DNA of 38,772 nt from Gemmatimonadota bacterium. Lineage in GTDB: Bacteria > Gemmatimonadota > Gemmatimonadetes > Longimicrobiales > Longimicrobiaceae. Each line of letters begins with the position of its first letter. The first letter of the stretch is position 1. The translations under genes and the position numbers were made by a program. Positions 8,887-18,128 of the stretch are shown in pieces. The DNA lies in assembly GCA_019348265.1 (NCBI GenBank), contig JAHWJV010000001.1, positions 1 to 38,772 of the forward strand, in the 5' to 3' direction. The notes beneath the pieces are model-generated. The model searched no databases, was not told the DNA's origin, and saw only the letters and a list, made by a program, of their open reading frames with translations.

Positions 8887-10357
8887 GGTTTCCTCCGACC
8901 GTAACGCCCGAGAGCGCGGAGAGAAGCTCGCGTGCGGCCTGGTCCAGGTCTCCGGCCCCGAGCGTCACGCAGAGGTCGCCGGCGCGCAGCTCGGCGCAGA
9001 CTTCCGCGGCCACGTTCTCCCGCTCGGGCAGGTAGCGAACGTCCGCACCGGCGTCACGGGCGTGGCCAACGATCATCTCTCCGGTCACACCCGGGATCGA
9101 CTTCTCGCGTGCGGCGTAGATATCCGTCACGAAAGCGAGGTCGGCCAGGGCGAGTGATCGGCCGAAGTCGACGGCGAAGTCGCGCGTTCGTGAGTACAGG
9201 TGCGGCTGGAAGACGGCGACCAGACGGCGCTCCGGGAAAGCCTGCCGCGCGGCTTGCAGCGTCGCAGCGATTTCGGTGGGGTGGTGGGCGTAATCGTCCA
9301 CCAGGATCACGCCCTCGGCCTCGCCGATCCGCTCGAAGCGCCTCTGGACGCCGCTGTACGAGCCGATCCCCTCCGCGACGACATCCCACGCAACGCCAAG
9401 CTCGCGGGCGACGGCGATGGCCGCGAGCGCGTTGCGGACGTTGTGAAGCCCCGGTACGCGCATGTGCACGGCGCCCAGCATGGTCCCGCGCTCGCGGACG
9501 TTGAAGCTCGTGTCGGTTCCGTCGGCGCGGAAATCTTCGGCGCGCAGCATGGACCCGGCGTTCAGGCCGTACGTGAGCACCTTCTCGGTAGCCGCTCCGA
9601 GCCGGGGCAGGAGGCGGGCCACGCCCATGTCGTCGCCGCAGCCGATGATTCTGCCATCGTCGGGCACGCGCTCCAGAAAAGCGAGGAAAGCGTCCTCCAC
9701 GCCCGCGAGGGTCTCATAGATGTCGAGGTGGTCCGCTTCCAGAGTGGTCACGACGGCGATGGACGGGCGGAGAGTCAGGAACGAGCGGTCGTACTCGTCG
9801 GCTTCCACGACGAAGAGTCGGTCACCGCCGGCGCGGAGGTTCCCACCCCAGGCGGAGACATGTCCGCCGACCAGGCCGGTCGGATCGAGCCCCCCGGCTG
9901 CGAGGGCCGCCGTGGTGAGCGCGGTGGTGGAGGTCTTCCCGTGGGTCCCGGAGATCCCGACCACCGTGCCCCGGTTTACGATCGCACCCAGCGCCTGCGC
10001 CCGTTTGAGCACGGGGATGCCGGCTTCGCGGGCGGCGAGGAGCTCCGGATGATCAGCGGGAACGGCGGAAGTGACGACCAGAGCGGCGCAGCCGGCCAGG
10101 TGCTCCGGGTCGTGCCCTTCATGCACCGTGATGCCGGCGTCGCGCAGCGCGTGAGTGGATGCGCCCAGGCGAGAATCGCAGCCGGTCACCATCCCACCCG
10201 ATCGTTTGACGAAGTCCGCCAGGGGAGACATTCCGGCGCCGCCGATGCCCATGAAGTGGACCGGCTTTTGGCGGGCGAGCTCGAGCATGTCGAAGGCCGC
10301 TAATATAGCGTCGGTCGCCACTGGAGGAAAGGGCGATTCAGCATCGCGCGGACTCAC
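8876..10357 (-). CDS. murC: UDP-N-acetylmuramate--L-alanine ligase MurC
   Basis: Motifs seen: GIGGAGMSPLA (Rossmann) and GISGTHGKTSTTAL (Mur ligase P-loop). The GTG start overlaps the murG stop (GTGA). Confidence 0.95.
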   Translation of the reverse strand: MSPRDAESPFPPVATDAILAAFDMLELARQKPVHFMGIGGAGMSPLADFVKRSGGMVTGCDSRLGASTHALRDAGITVHEGHDPEHLAGCAALVVTSAVPADHPELLAAREAGIPVLKRAQALGAIVNRGTVVGISGTHGKTSTTALTTAALAAGGLDPTGLVGGHVSAWGGNLRAGGDRLFVVEADEYDRSFLTLRPSIAVVTTLEADHLDIYETLAGVEDAFLAFLERVPDDGRIIGCGDDMGVARLLPRLGAATEKVLTYGLNAGSMLRAEDFRADGTDTSFNVRERGTMLGAVHMRVPGLHNVRNALAAIAVARELGVAWDVVAEGIGSYSGVQRRFERIGEAEGVILVDDYAHHPTEIAATLQAARQAFPERRLVAVFQPHLYSRTRDFAVDFGRSLALADLAFVTDIYAAREKSIPGVTGEMIVGHARDAGADVRYLPERENVAAEVCAELRAGDLCVTLGAGDLDQAARELLSALSGVTVGGNREA

Positions 10358-11484
10358 AGTAGCTCCGCGAGCGAAGCGACGATTTCGGCGGCCGCATGCG
10401 GGTGTCCCCGCTCGAGCGCGCGCGAGGCCACGAGCTCGCGCCGGGTGCGGTCGCCGACCAGGGCAGTCAGCTCGCTCCAGAGACGCCCGCTGCCGAGCTC
10501 CGCTTCGGGCACCATCACCGCGGCGCCCGCTTCCGAGAGCGCCAGCGCGTTGAAATGCTGGTGATTCGCGGCGGCTGTAGGGAGCGGGACCAGGATGCTG
10601 GGAATGCCCCAGGCGCAGAGCTCCGCGCTGGCCATCGCACCGGCCCGGGAGACGGCCAGGTCGGCGCTCGCCAGAGCGCTCGGCATGTCCTCGATGTAGG
10701 GAACCGCGTGCACCCAGTCACCGAGGCCGAGCTCGCCCAGCCGGCCGATGATGCCGTCGTAGTGCGAGGGCCCGGTCGCCCAGAGGATCTCCATGCCGGC
10801 CGGCGGCGCGGAGAGGCGGCTGGCGGCGACCGCACGAAAGTCGGCGAGCAGCGCTTCGTTCAGCGCACGCGAGCCCTGGCTGCCGCCAACGACGAGGGCG
10901 ACGGTCCCATCGCCGAGCTTGAATTTGCGCCGCGCCTGAGCGCGGTCGGCGGAGGGGTCCGGCGGGCGAATCGGGTTGCCGTGCTCGAACACCTGCGTGG
11001 CCTTGCCGGGCTTCAGGTACTGGCGCGCCTCGGGAAACGCCAGGTGGATCTGTCGCGCGCGGCCCGCGAGGAGCCGGGTGGTGAAGCCGGGATACGAGTT
11101 CTGCTCCTGTAGCGCCGTGGGGATCCCAGTGAGGATCGCCCAACCCACGACGGGCCCGCTCGCGTACCCGCCGGTGCCGATCACCAGGTCCGGCTTGAAG
11201 GCGCTGAACGCCCGGCGCAGGCCCATTCCGGTTCGTGCCAGGGCCGGGACGAGGCGCCAGTTCTCCCACGGGCGGGAGCGTCGAATCGGCTCGAGCGGAA
11301 GGAGCACGTGCGGAACACCGCGCTCGGGGAGCACGCGTGACTCGATGCCGCGCCGGGCGCCGATGAAGAAGACCTCGGTGGCGGGATCGCGCTCCTGGAA
11401 CGCGGCGGCGAGAGCGAGGGCCGGGTAAAGGTGCCCCCCCGTCCCTCCTCCCGCGAAGAGCACCCGCGGCGCGCGCTTCGTCAT
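10354..11484 (-). CDS. murG: Lipid II synthase MurG (UDP-GlcNAc transferase)
   Basis: N-terminus reads MTKRAPRVLFAGGGTGGHLYPALA, the G-loop typical of MurG. ATG 11484 forms an ATGA overlap with the ftsW stop. The longer ORF extension to 11778 runs inside ftsW and was rejected. Confidence 0.94.
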   Translation of the reverse strand: MTKRAPRVLFAGGGTGGHLYPALALAAAFQERDPATEVFFIGARRGIESRVLPERGVPHVLLPLEPIRRSRPWENWRLVPALARTGMGLRRAFSAFKPDLVIGTGGYASGPVVGWAILTGIPTALQEQNSYPGFTTRLLAGRARQIHLAFPEARQYLKPGKATQVFEHGNPIRPPDPSADRAQARRKFKLGDGTVALVVGGSQGSRALNEALLADFRAVAASRLSAPPAGMEILWATGPSHYDGIIGRLGELGLGDWVHAVPYIEDMPSALASADLAVSRAGAMASAELCAWGIPSILVPLPTAAANHQHFNALALSEAGAAVMVPEAELGSGRLWSELTALVGDRTRRELVASRALERGHPHAAAEIVASLAELL

Positions 11485-12671
11485 GACCGCACTCGCTTCT
11501 GCGGCCCGCGGGCTACGGCGAGCAGGATGCCGACGGCTGCAAAGCAGACGAGAAGCCCGCTGCGGCCATACGACATGAACGGGAGGACCACGCCGGTAGT
11601 GGGAAGCAGCGCGAGCGCCACGCCCATATGCAGCAGCGCCGACACGACGATCAGGTTCGTCATCCCGACGGCCAGCAGGTACCCGAACAGGTCCGGCGCA
11701 CGCCTCGCGATCCGATAGCCCACGGCGCCGAACGCGGCGAACAGCGCCAGGGTGAATACTACGCCGGCGAAGCCCCACTCCTCGGCGATCATGGCGAAGA
11801 GGAAGTCGTTATGCGGCTCCGGGAGGAAACCGAACTTCTGCTGGCTCCCGCCGAAGCCGACGCCGGTCAGGCCGCCGGAGCCGACGGCGATCAGCGCCTG
11901 ATAGCTCTGGTAGAAGCGGTCCGGGTCCGCGGTCGGGTCGAGAAAGGCGACCACCCGCTGCATCCGGTAGCTGGCGCCGGCGACCTGCTGCCAGGCGAGC
12001 GGCCCCGCCACCAGCCCCAGGACGATGAAGTGGCCGATCCGCGCGCCGCCCGCGAAAAGCACCAGAGAAGCGAGCAACGCCAGCAGCAGAACGGTGGAGA
12101 AATTCGGCTGCAGCATGACCGGGACGATGACCGCGCCCCATACGAGGAGGAAGGGGAGCAGCCCCTTACGCAGGGAGTGCAGCCGGTCCTGCTTCTTCAC
12201 GGCCAGCGCGGCCGTCCAGATGATCAGCGCGAGCTTGGCGAACTCGGACGGCTGGATCACGATGCCGACTCGTAGCCAGCGGCGCGCGCCGTTGATCCGC
12301 GGCGCGATCGACTCCGTACCCGGAAGCACCACCAGGAAGAGGAGGAAGATGATCAGCGCCAGGAGGGGCCAGGCGACCGCGTCGAGCTTGCGGTAGTCGA
12401 GGCGTGAGAGGAACACGCAGAGCACCGCACCGGGGAGCATCCCGAGGAGCTGGCGCAGGGCGTAGAAGTGCGCGGGCAACCCTTCGGACTGCGCCATGAA
12501 CGTGCTCGAGCTGTATACCTCCACCATTCCGAGCGAGGCCATCAGCAGGACGACGAGCACGAGCGCGCCGCGCTCCCAGCCTTCGGCGACCCGGGAGTGC
12601 GAAAGGGCGAACGTGCGGGAATCCCCGGCGGTGATTCCCGCGGGTCCGGCGGAAAGCGTGTCGACGCTCAT
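11481..12671 (-). CDS. ftsW: SEDS-family cell division protein FtsW (peptidoglycan polymerase)
   Basis: Multi-pass membrane protein with the SEDS motif LPEPHNDFLFAMIAEEWG. Position between murD and murG fits. ATGA overlap with the murD stop. Confidence 0.93.
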   Translation of the reverse strand: MSVDTLSAGPAGITAGDSRTFALSHSRVAEGWERGALVLVVLLMASLGMVEVYSSSTFMAQSEGLPAHFYALRQLLGMLPGAVLCVFLSRLDYRKLDAVAWPLLALIIFLLFLVVLPGTESIAPRINGARRWLRVGIVIQPSEFAKLALIIWTAALAVKKQDRLHSLRKGLLPFLLVWGAVIVPVMLQPNFSTVLLLALLASLVLFAGGARIGHFIVLGLVAGPLAWQQVAGASYRMQRVVAFLDPTADPDRFYQSYQALIAVGSGGLTGVGFGGSQQKFGFLPEPHNDFLFAMIAEEWGFAGVVFTLALFAAFGAVGYRIARRAPDLFGYLLAVGMTNLIVVSALLHMGVALALLPTTGVVLPFMSYGRSGLLVCFAAVGILLAVARGPQKRVRS

Positions 12672-14050
12672 GTCAAATCCTCTGCCTGCGCCAGCTGACG
12701 AAATCGCTCACCGCGTTCCTCGAAGTTGGAGAACATGTCGAAGCTCGAACACGCCGGGGAGAGCAGCACGGCGTCACCGGAAGTGGCCAGGGCCGCCGCC
12801 CGCCGCACCACCTCGTCGAACGGGCCGTCGACGCGCTGCACCTCGGCGTGCGCGGCGAGATCCTGGTCGATGAGATCGGCCGCTTCGCCGTAGCTGACCA
12901 CGCAGCGGACCCGCCCCCGCAGCTCCGGGAGAAGACCGGTGTACGGCTCCCCCTTGTGCCTTCCGCCCAGCAGGAGGATCGTCGGCCGATCGAGGCTGCG
13001 GAGGGCGACCCGTGTCGAGGCGATGTTCGTCGCTTTGGAGTCGTTGATCCAGAGCACGCCGTTGCGCTCGATTACCGGCTCCATCCGGTGGGCAAGGGCG
13101 TTGAAGGTGCGCAGCCCCTTCGCGATCGCCTCCGGTTCCGCGCCGCACAGCCTCGCCGCGATGGCGGCGGCGAGAGAGTTGGCGACGTTGTGCGGGCCGA
13201 GAATCCTAAGCTCCCGCGACGGCAGGAGCCGCTCCTCGGACGCGCTTTCACCGAGCCGCAGCACCAGCCATCCATCCTCCGCGAGATAGCCGCCGAGCTC
13301 ATCCGCGGGAGGCGTGCTCGCCACGCGGAAGTAGTAGCGGCCGCCAGGCGAATCACCCGGGAGCGCCCGTGCCGCGTCGTCCTCGCCGTTGAGCACCCAG
13401 CGGTTCGACTCCGTTCCGTTCTGGAAGAGCTTCGCCTTGTCCGCGTAGTACTCGTCCACCGTCGCGTACCAGTCGAGGTGGTCGGGTGCCAGGTTGGTGA
13501 GCACTCCGACGGTCGGGGCGAAGTCGCGGGTCCGGCTCAGCTGGAACGAGCTCACTTCCACGGCCACGATCTCCGGCTGTGGGTCGCGGAGAACCACGGC
13601 TGAGAGCGCGGTGCCGATGTTTCCGCCGACGGTGGCGTCACGTCCGGCGGCGCAGAGCAGATGCGCGATCAGCGAAGTCGTCGTCGTCTTGCCGTTCGTG
13701 CCGGTGACCGCGACCACCTCGGCGTCGAGCTGCTGGACCGCGAACTCGATCTCCGGAACGATCGCCGAGCTCGCGAGCGCCGGCTCGCGGAGGATGTCCG
13801 CGGACGGCGGTATGCCCGGGCTGAGGACGATCCGGTCGCACGCGGCCAGCTTACCGACGTCGTATCCGCCGACCTGGGCATCCCCGCCGAGGGCACGGAG
13901 CTCATCCGCGGCTGCACGCGTCACCGGTGTGTCGCGCGAATCGCTGGCGTAGACGGCAGCGCCGCGTGCGAGGGCGAGCCGCGCGGCGGCCAGCCCGCTG
14001 CGGGCCAGGCCGAGCACGCCGACACGTTCGCCGGCGAGGCTTGGACTCAT
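12668..14050 (-). CDS. murD: UDP-N-acetylmuramoylalanine--D-glutamate ligase MurD
   Basis: Motifs seen: VGVLGLARSG N-terminal Rossmann and VTGTNGKTTTTSLIAH P-loop. ATG 14050 forms an ATGA overlap with the mraY stop. The ORF extension to 14401 lies inside mraY and was rejected. Confidence 0.94.
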   Translation of the reverse strand: MSPSLAGERVGVLGLARSGLAAARLALARGAAVYASDSRDTPVTRAAADELRALGGDAQVGGYDVGKLAACDRIVLSPGIPPSADILREPALASSAIVPEIEFAVQQLDAEVVAVTGTNGKTTTTSLIAHLLCAAGRDATVGGNIGTALSAVVLRDPQPEIVAVEVSSFQLSRTRDFAPTVGVLTNLAPDHLDWYATVDEYYADKAKLFQNGTESNRWVLNGEDDAARALPGDSPGGRYYFRVASTPPADELGGYLAEDGWLVLRLGESASEERLLPSRELRILGPHNVANSLAAAIAARLCGAEPEAIAKGLRTFNALAHRMEPVIERNGVLWINDSKATNIASTRVALRSLDRPTILLLGGRHKGEPYTGLLPELRGRVRCVVSYGEAADLIDQDLAAHAEVQRVDGPFDEVVRRAAALATSGDAVLLSPACSSFDMFSNFEERGERFRQLAQAEDLT

Positions 14051-15153
14051 CGAATCTTCAGCGTCGCGAAGGCCACGAAGCTGAAAATGACCCCCAGGAT
14101 CCAGAACCGGATGATCACCGTCGTCTCCGGCCACCCGCCGAGCTCGAAGTGGTGGTGCAGCGGCGCCATCCGGAAGATGCGACGGCCGCTGCCGGTGCGC
14201 CGCTTGGTCCACTTGAAGTAGAGCGTCTGCGACACGACCGACACCGCCTCCAGCACGAACACTCCGCCGATGATCGCCAGCAGGAACTCCACTTTCAGCA
14301 GTACCGCGACCGCTCCGAACACCCCACCGATTGCCAGCGACCCGGTGTCGCCCATGAACACTTCCGCGGGATGCGCGTTGTACCAGAGGAACCCCATGCA
14401 TCCCCCGGCGAGGGCGATGCAGAAGATCGCCAGCTCGCCCGCGCCCGGCAGGTAGAAGAGGTTCAGGTAGTCGGACGTGACGCTGTTCCCCATGATGTAC
14501 GCAAACGCTCCAAAGCTCAGCGCGGCGATCGCCGAAAGACCCGCGGCCAGCCCGTCGAGCCCGTCCGTCAGGTTCACGGCGTTCGAGCTACCCGTGATGA
14601 CGATGATCACGAATAGGATGTACGCCGCCCAGTGGAAGCTGACATGCCAGGTCTTGAAGAACGGGATCTGCGTCCAGGTCGCGGGCACGTCGCTGAAGGG
14701 GATCAGGACGAGGACGATCCCCAGAATCAGGCCCACGGAGACCTGGCCCACGATCTTGTACCTCCCCACCAGACCCTCGGTCTTCTGCCGCACGACCTTC
14801 AGGTAGTCGTCCATGAAGCCGAGCGCGCCGAGCCAGACCAGCACCACGACCGCCGTGATGATGAAGCCGTTGGTGAGCTCCGCCCAGAGCAGCGTCGGGA
14901 TCACCGTCGCGAGGACGATCAGCACACCACCCATGGTCGGCGTGCCGCGCTTGCCCAGGTGACTCTGCGGCCCCTCCGTACGGACCACCTGCCCCACCTT
15001 CAGCAAGCGCAGCCGGCGAATGATCGGCGGCCCGAGATAGAAGGCCACCAGGAACGCCGTCACTACCGCCCCCGCTGCCCGAAACGTCTGGTAGCGGAAA
15101 AGGTTGAAGACGGCGTGGTACTCCGCGAGCGGCACCAGGAAGTGGTAGAGCAT
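14047..15153 (-). CDS. mraY: Phospho-N-acetylmuramoyl-pentapeptide transferase MraY
   Basis: Motifs seen: NAVNLTDGLDGLA and MGDTGSLAIGG. It has about ten hydrophobic segments. Confidence 0.97.
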   Translation of the reverse strand: MLYHFLVPLAEYHAVFNLFRYQTFRAAGAVVTAFLVAFYLGPPIIRRLRLLKVGQVVRTEGPQSHLGKRGTPTMGGVLIVLATVIPTLLWAELTNGFIITAVVVLVWLGALGFMDDYLKVVRQKTEGLVGRYKIVGQVSVGLILGIVLVLIPFSDVPATWTQIPFFKTWHVSFHWAAYILFVIIVITGSSNAVNLTDGLDGLAAGLSAIAALSFGAFAYIMGNSVTSDYLNLFYLPGAGELAIFCIALAGGCMGFLWYNAHPAEVFMGDTGSLAIGGVFGAVAVLLKVEFLLAIIGGVFVLEAVSVVSQTLYFKWTKRRTGSGRRIFRMAPLHHHFELGGWPETTVIIRFWILGVIFSFVAFATLKIR

Positions 15154-15167
15154 GAATACGACGATTG

Positions 15168-15241
15168 TGAATGATGAATGATGAATGATGAATGACGAAT
15201 TAAGTCATCGTTCGAAATTCACCATTCGTCATTCATCATTC
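15168..15241. repeat. Tandem heptamer (TGAATGA)x4 forming an 18-bp perfect inverted repeat with 15224-15241
   Basis: 15168-15195 is four copies of TGAATGA. GAATGATGAATGACGAAT (15183-15200) is the exact reverse complement of ATTCGTCATTCATCATTC (15224-15241), with a 23-nt loop. The right arm covers the murF stop and its last three codons. Confidence 0.9.
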
Positions 15242-16641
15242 TGGTCATCGGCCGCGAAGTCTCGCTTCAGCAGCGGAAGCCAGCGCTCCAGAGCCTCGCC
15301 GCGCGAAGCTTTGAGCAGGACCATCTCGCTACCGTTCAGCCGGCCGGCGACGGCGTCGTACGCCGCGACGGGATCGGATTGGGTCACGAGACGGTCGCCG
15401 AGCCGCTCCCGCAGGGGCGCGAACGCATCGACGAAGCTGCCGGTCGCGACGATCAGGTCCACGCCCTGCCCCAGCCGGTCAGCAAGCTGCGCGGCGGCGC
15501 GTGCATGCATTTCCGCGGTCGCGTCGCCCAATTCCCGCATGGTTCCCAGCACGGCGACCTTCGGGCCGTCGGCGGGAAGCGTTGCGAGCAGATCGAGGGC
15601 GGCGGCGACGCTGGGCGGGTTCGAGTTGTAGCAGTCCGCCAGGACCCGAACGCCCCCGAACCGATGCCACTCTCCGCGCAGCTTGGCGCGCGCGACGGAT
15701 GCCAATCCGGCGACCGCGTCGGCCGTGGGCACCCCCCACTCCTGCGCCAGCCCGAGGGCGAGCAGCGCGTTGCGCACGTTTACCCGGCCAGGGATAGGGA
15801 GGTGTACCTCCATCCCTTCCCACATCCAGCGCGTGGTACCGTCCGGATCGACGCGGATCCCATCCTCGCCACCCTTCACGCTGAGGTCGGCGGCTGCGGT
15901 GTGCCCGGCCACGCGTACCCGCTCCGCCCCGAGGGCGGCTGCGGCGCGGGCGGGGAGCTCTGGCGGCTCCTCCGCCACCAGCGCGACCCCGCCCGGCTTC
16001 AAACCGGAAAGCACGCTGATCTCCTCTTCGAGCACGCCCTCCACGGAGAGCAGCTTCTCCAGGTGCTCTTCGCCGATCGACGTGATCACCACCGCCTCGG
16101 GTCGGACGATCGCGGCCAGCGTGGCGATCTCGCCGGGCTCGTTGGTGCCCATCTCCACGACCGCGCTCTCCGTGTCCTCCGGCGTCGACAGGAGGGGGAG
16201 AGGAACCCCGATGCGGTTATAGAGATTGCCCTGTGTGGCGTGCACGCGGAAGCGGCTGGAGAGCGCGGCACGGATCAGGTCCTTGGTCGTCGTCTTTCCG
16301 TTGCTGCCGACCACGCCAACGACGCGCGCCAGCAGGCGGTCGCGACGGTAGCTCGCCAGCGCCCCGAGAGCAACGAGCGTGTCCGGCACCTGGAAGTAGC
16401 GCAGCTCGGGCGGCGCGCCTTCGGGTACGTGTCGGACGACCGCTCCGGTAGCACCCGAGCGCGCCGCCTGTTCCAGGAAGTCGTGCCCGTCGAAGCGCTC
16501 CCCCTCCAGCGCGACGAAGAGGTCACCCTCGCCGATGGCGCGCGTATCGGTGGAGACGCGGGCGAACTCGCGGTCGTCCTCGTCGCTCCGCACTCCCAGG
16601 GCGAGCCGGACCGCCTCGTCGCTCCAACGAAAACTGTTCAC
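15229..16641 (-). CDS. murF: UDP-N-acetylmuramoyl-tripeptide--D-alanyl-D-alanine ligase MurF
   Basis: P-loop GVVGSNGKTTTKDLI and Mur ligase middle and C-terminal domains seen. The GTG start overlaps the murE stop (GTGA). Confidence 0.94.
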   Translation of the reverse strand: MNSFRWSDEAVRLALGVRSDEDDREFARVSTDTRAIGEGDLFVALEGERFDGHDFLEQAARSGATGAVVRHVPEGAPPELRYFQVPDTLVALGALASYRRDRLLARVVGVVGSNGKTTTKDLIRAALSSRFRVHATQGNLYNRIGVPLPLLSTPEDTESAVVEMGTNEPGEIATLAAIVRPEAVVITSIGEEHLEKLLSVEGVLEEEISVLSGLKPGGVALVAEEPPELPARAAAALGAERVRVAGHTAAADLSVKGGEDGIRVDPDGTTRWMWEGMEVHLPIPGRVNVRNALLALGLAQEWGVPTADAVAGLASVARAKLRGEWHRFGGVRVLADCYNSNPPSVAAALDLLATLPADGPKVAVLGTMRELGDATAEMHARAAAQLADRLGQGVDLIVATGSFVDAFAPLRERLGDRLVTQSDPVAAYDAVAGRLNGSEMVLLKASRGEALERWLPLLKRDFAADDQNDE

Positions 16642-18128
16642 TTGCTAGCCCCCGGCGCTGCAAAGATTTCACGCACCACGTCGCGCTCGTCGAAGCTGCG
16701 CTTCTCCGTGCCCCAGATCTGGTACGTCTCGTGACCCTTGCCGGCGAGAAGCACGACGTCCTGCGAGGTCGAGCTCTCGATCGCATGTCGTATCGCCGCA
16801 CGCCGGTCGAGCACGCGCTCGCGGCGTGCATTCCCCATGCCGCTTTCGATCTCGTCGGCTATGACGGCGGGGTCCTCCGTACGCGGGTTGTCGGAGGTCA
16901 CCACGGACAGGTCCGCGCCGGCCGCGGCGACTCTCCCCATCTCGGGCCGCTTCCCGCGATCCCGGTCTCCGCCGGCGCCGAAAACGACCACGAGCCGGCC
17001 GGCGACGAGCGGCCGCACCGCCGCGATGGCGCGCTCCAGTGCGTCGGGCGTATGAGCGAAGTCGATCAACACCGTCGGCGCACCGGGCGGGGTCGGTACT
17101 CGCTCCAGGCGGCCAGGCACCTGCGGCAGCGTAGCGAAGCCGGCGGCGATCCTGTCCGGCTTCCAGTCGAGGCTCCAGAGCACGGCGGCGGCACCCAGTG
17201 CGTTCGCCACGTTGTAGCTCCCGTACAGCGGGAGCTCGACCTCCGCCGCGCCATCCGGCGTGCGCAGCGTCCACCGCGTCCCGCCACTCGCCAGGCGAAG
17301 GTCCTCGGCTCGAACGTCGGCGCGGGCCTCGATCCCGAAGCGCACGATGCGCGCGGTCGCGGAGCTTACGCCCTGCCAGGCGGGATCGTCGGCGTTCAGC
17401 ACCGCCGCCCCGCCCGGCTTCAGAAGGTCCACCAGGCGGAGCTTCGCCGCCCGGTAATCCTCGAGCGTGCCGTGATAGTCGAGGTGGTCACGGCTCAGAT
17501 TCGTGAACAGCGCGGCGTCGAAGCGTGCGGCCGCGGCGCGGCCCTGGTGCAGCGCGTGGGAGGAGACCTCCATCGCCACCGACTGGACCCCTTCGCTACG
17601 GAACCGCTCCAGCCCCCGCGCGAGCTCGATCGGCCCAGGCGTGGTAAGCCCCCCGGTGCCGGGGACCACCTCGCCGTCGGGGCCGACCGCCCCCAGAGTA
17701 CCGATGGACGCCGACGGGCCGGCGGTACCGAGCAGGTGCCGTAGAATGGCGGCGCTGGTGGTCTTGCCGTTGGTGCCGGTGAGGCCGACCAGGGTCAGCT
17801 GGTTCCAGGGGTCGCCGAACAGCTCGGCCGCCGCATAGGCGGCAGCCAGCCGATCATCCCGGACTCGGAGCTGTGGGATGTGCACGGCGGGATCGATCTC
17901 GATCACCAGCGCGGCCACCGCCCCCGCACGCTCCACTTCCGCGAGAAAGGCGTGTCCGTCCCCGCTGGTGCCGCGCACCGCGCAGAAGAGTGTGCCTTCC
18001 TTCACCACCCTGGAATCCGCAGTCATCTCGGAGACCATGGTGTTCGCGAGCGCCGACGATGCCGCGCTCTCGGCGAGGAGCCCCTGGCGCTCGAGGCGGC
18101 CGGCGACGACACCGAGTGGTTTGCTCAC
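16638..18128 (-). CDS. murE: UDP-MurNAc-L-Ala-D-Glu--2,6-diaminopimelate ligase MurE
   Basis: P-loop GLTGTNGKTTSAAIL seen. The DNPR motif (SDNPRTEDP) indicates meso-DAP specificity. The GTG start overlaps the ftsI stop (GTGA). Confidence 0.94.
   Translation of the reverse strand: MSKPLGVVAGRLERQGLLAESAASSALANTMVSEMTADSRVVKEGTLFCAVRGTSGDGHAFLAEVERAGAVAALVIEIDPAVHIPQLRVRDDRLAAAYAAAELFGDPWNQLTLVGLTGTNGKTTSAAILRHLLGTAGPSASIGTLGAVGPDGEVVPGTGGLTTPGPIELARGLERFRSEGVQSVAMEVSSHALHQGRAAAARFDAALFTNLSRDHLDYHGTLEDYRAAKLRLVDLLKPGGAAVLNADDPAWQGVSSATARIVRFGIEARADVRAEDLRLASGGTRWTLRTPDGAAEVELPLYGSYNVANALGAAAVLWSLDWKPDRIAAGFATLPQVPGRLERVPTPPGAPTVLIDFAHTPDALERAIAAVRPLVAGRLVVVFGAGGDRDRGKRPEMGRVAAAGADLSVVTSDNPRTEDPAVIADEIESGMGNARRERVLDRRAAIRHAIESSTSQDVVLLAGKGHETYQIWGTEKRSFDERDVVREIFAAPGASK

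Noticed and set aside
10354-11778. N-terminally extended forms of murG (to 11778), murD (to 14401), mraZ (to 22005), ftsY (to 3475), hisA (to 4345) and the oxidoreductase (from 33070)
   Set aside because: The extensions overlap the upstream gene or have Arg/Pro-rich non-coding-like composition. The internal starts chosen give canonical N-termini and, in three cases, ATGA stop/start overlaps.
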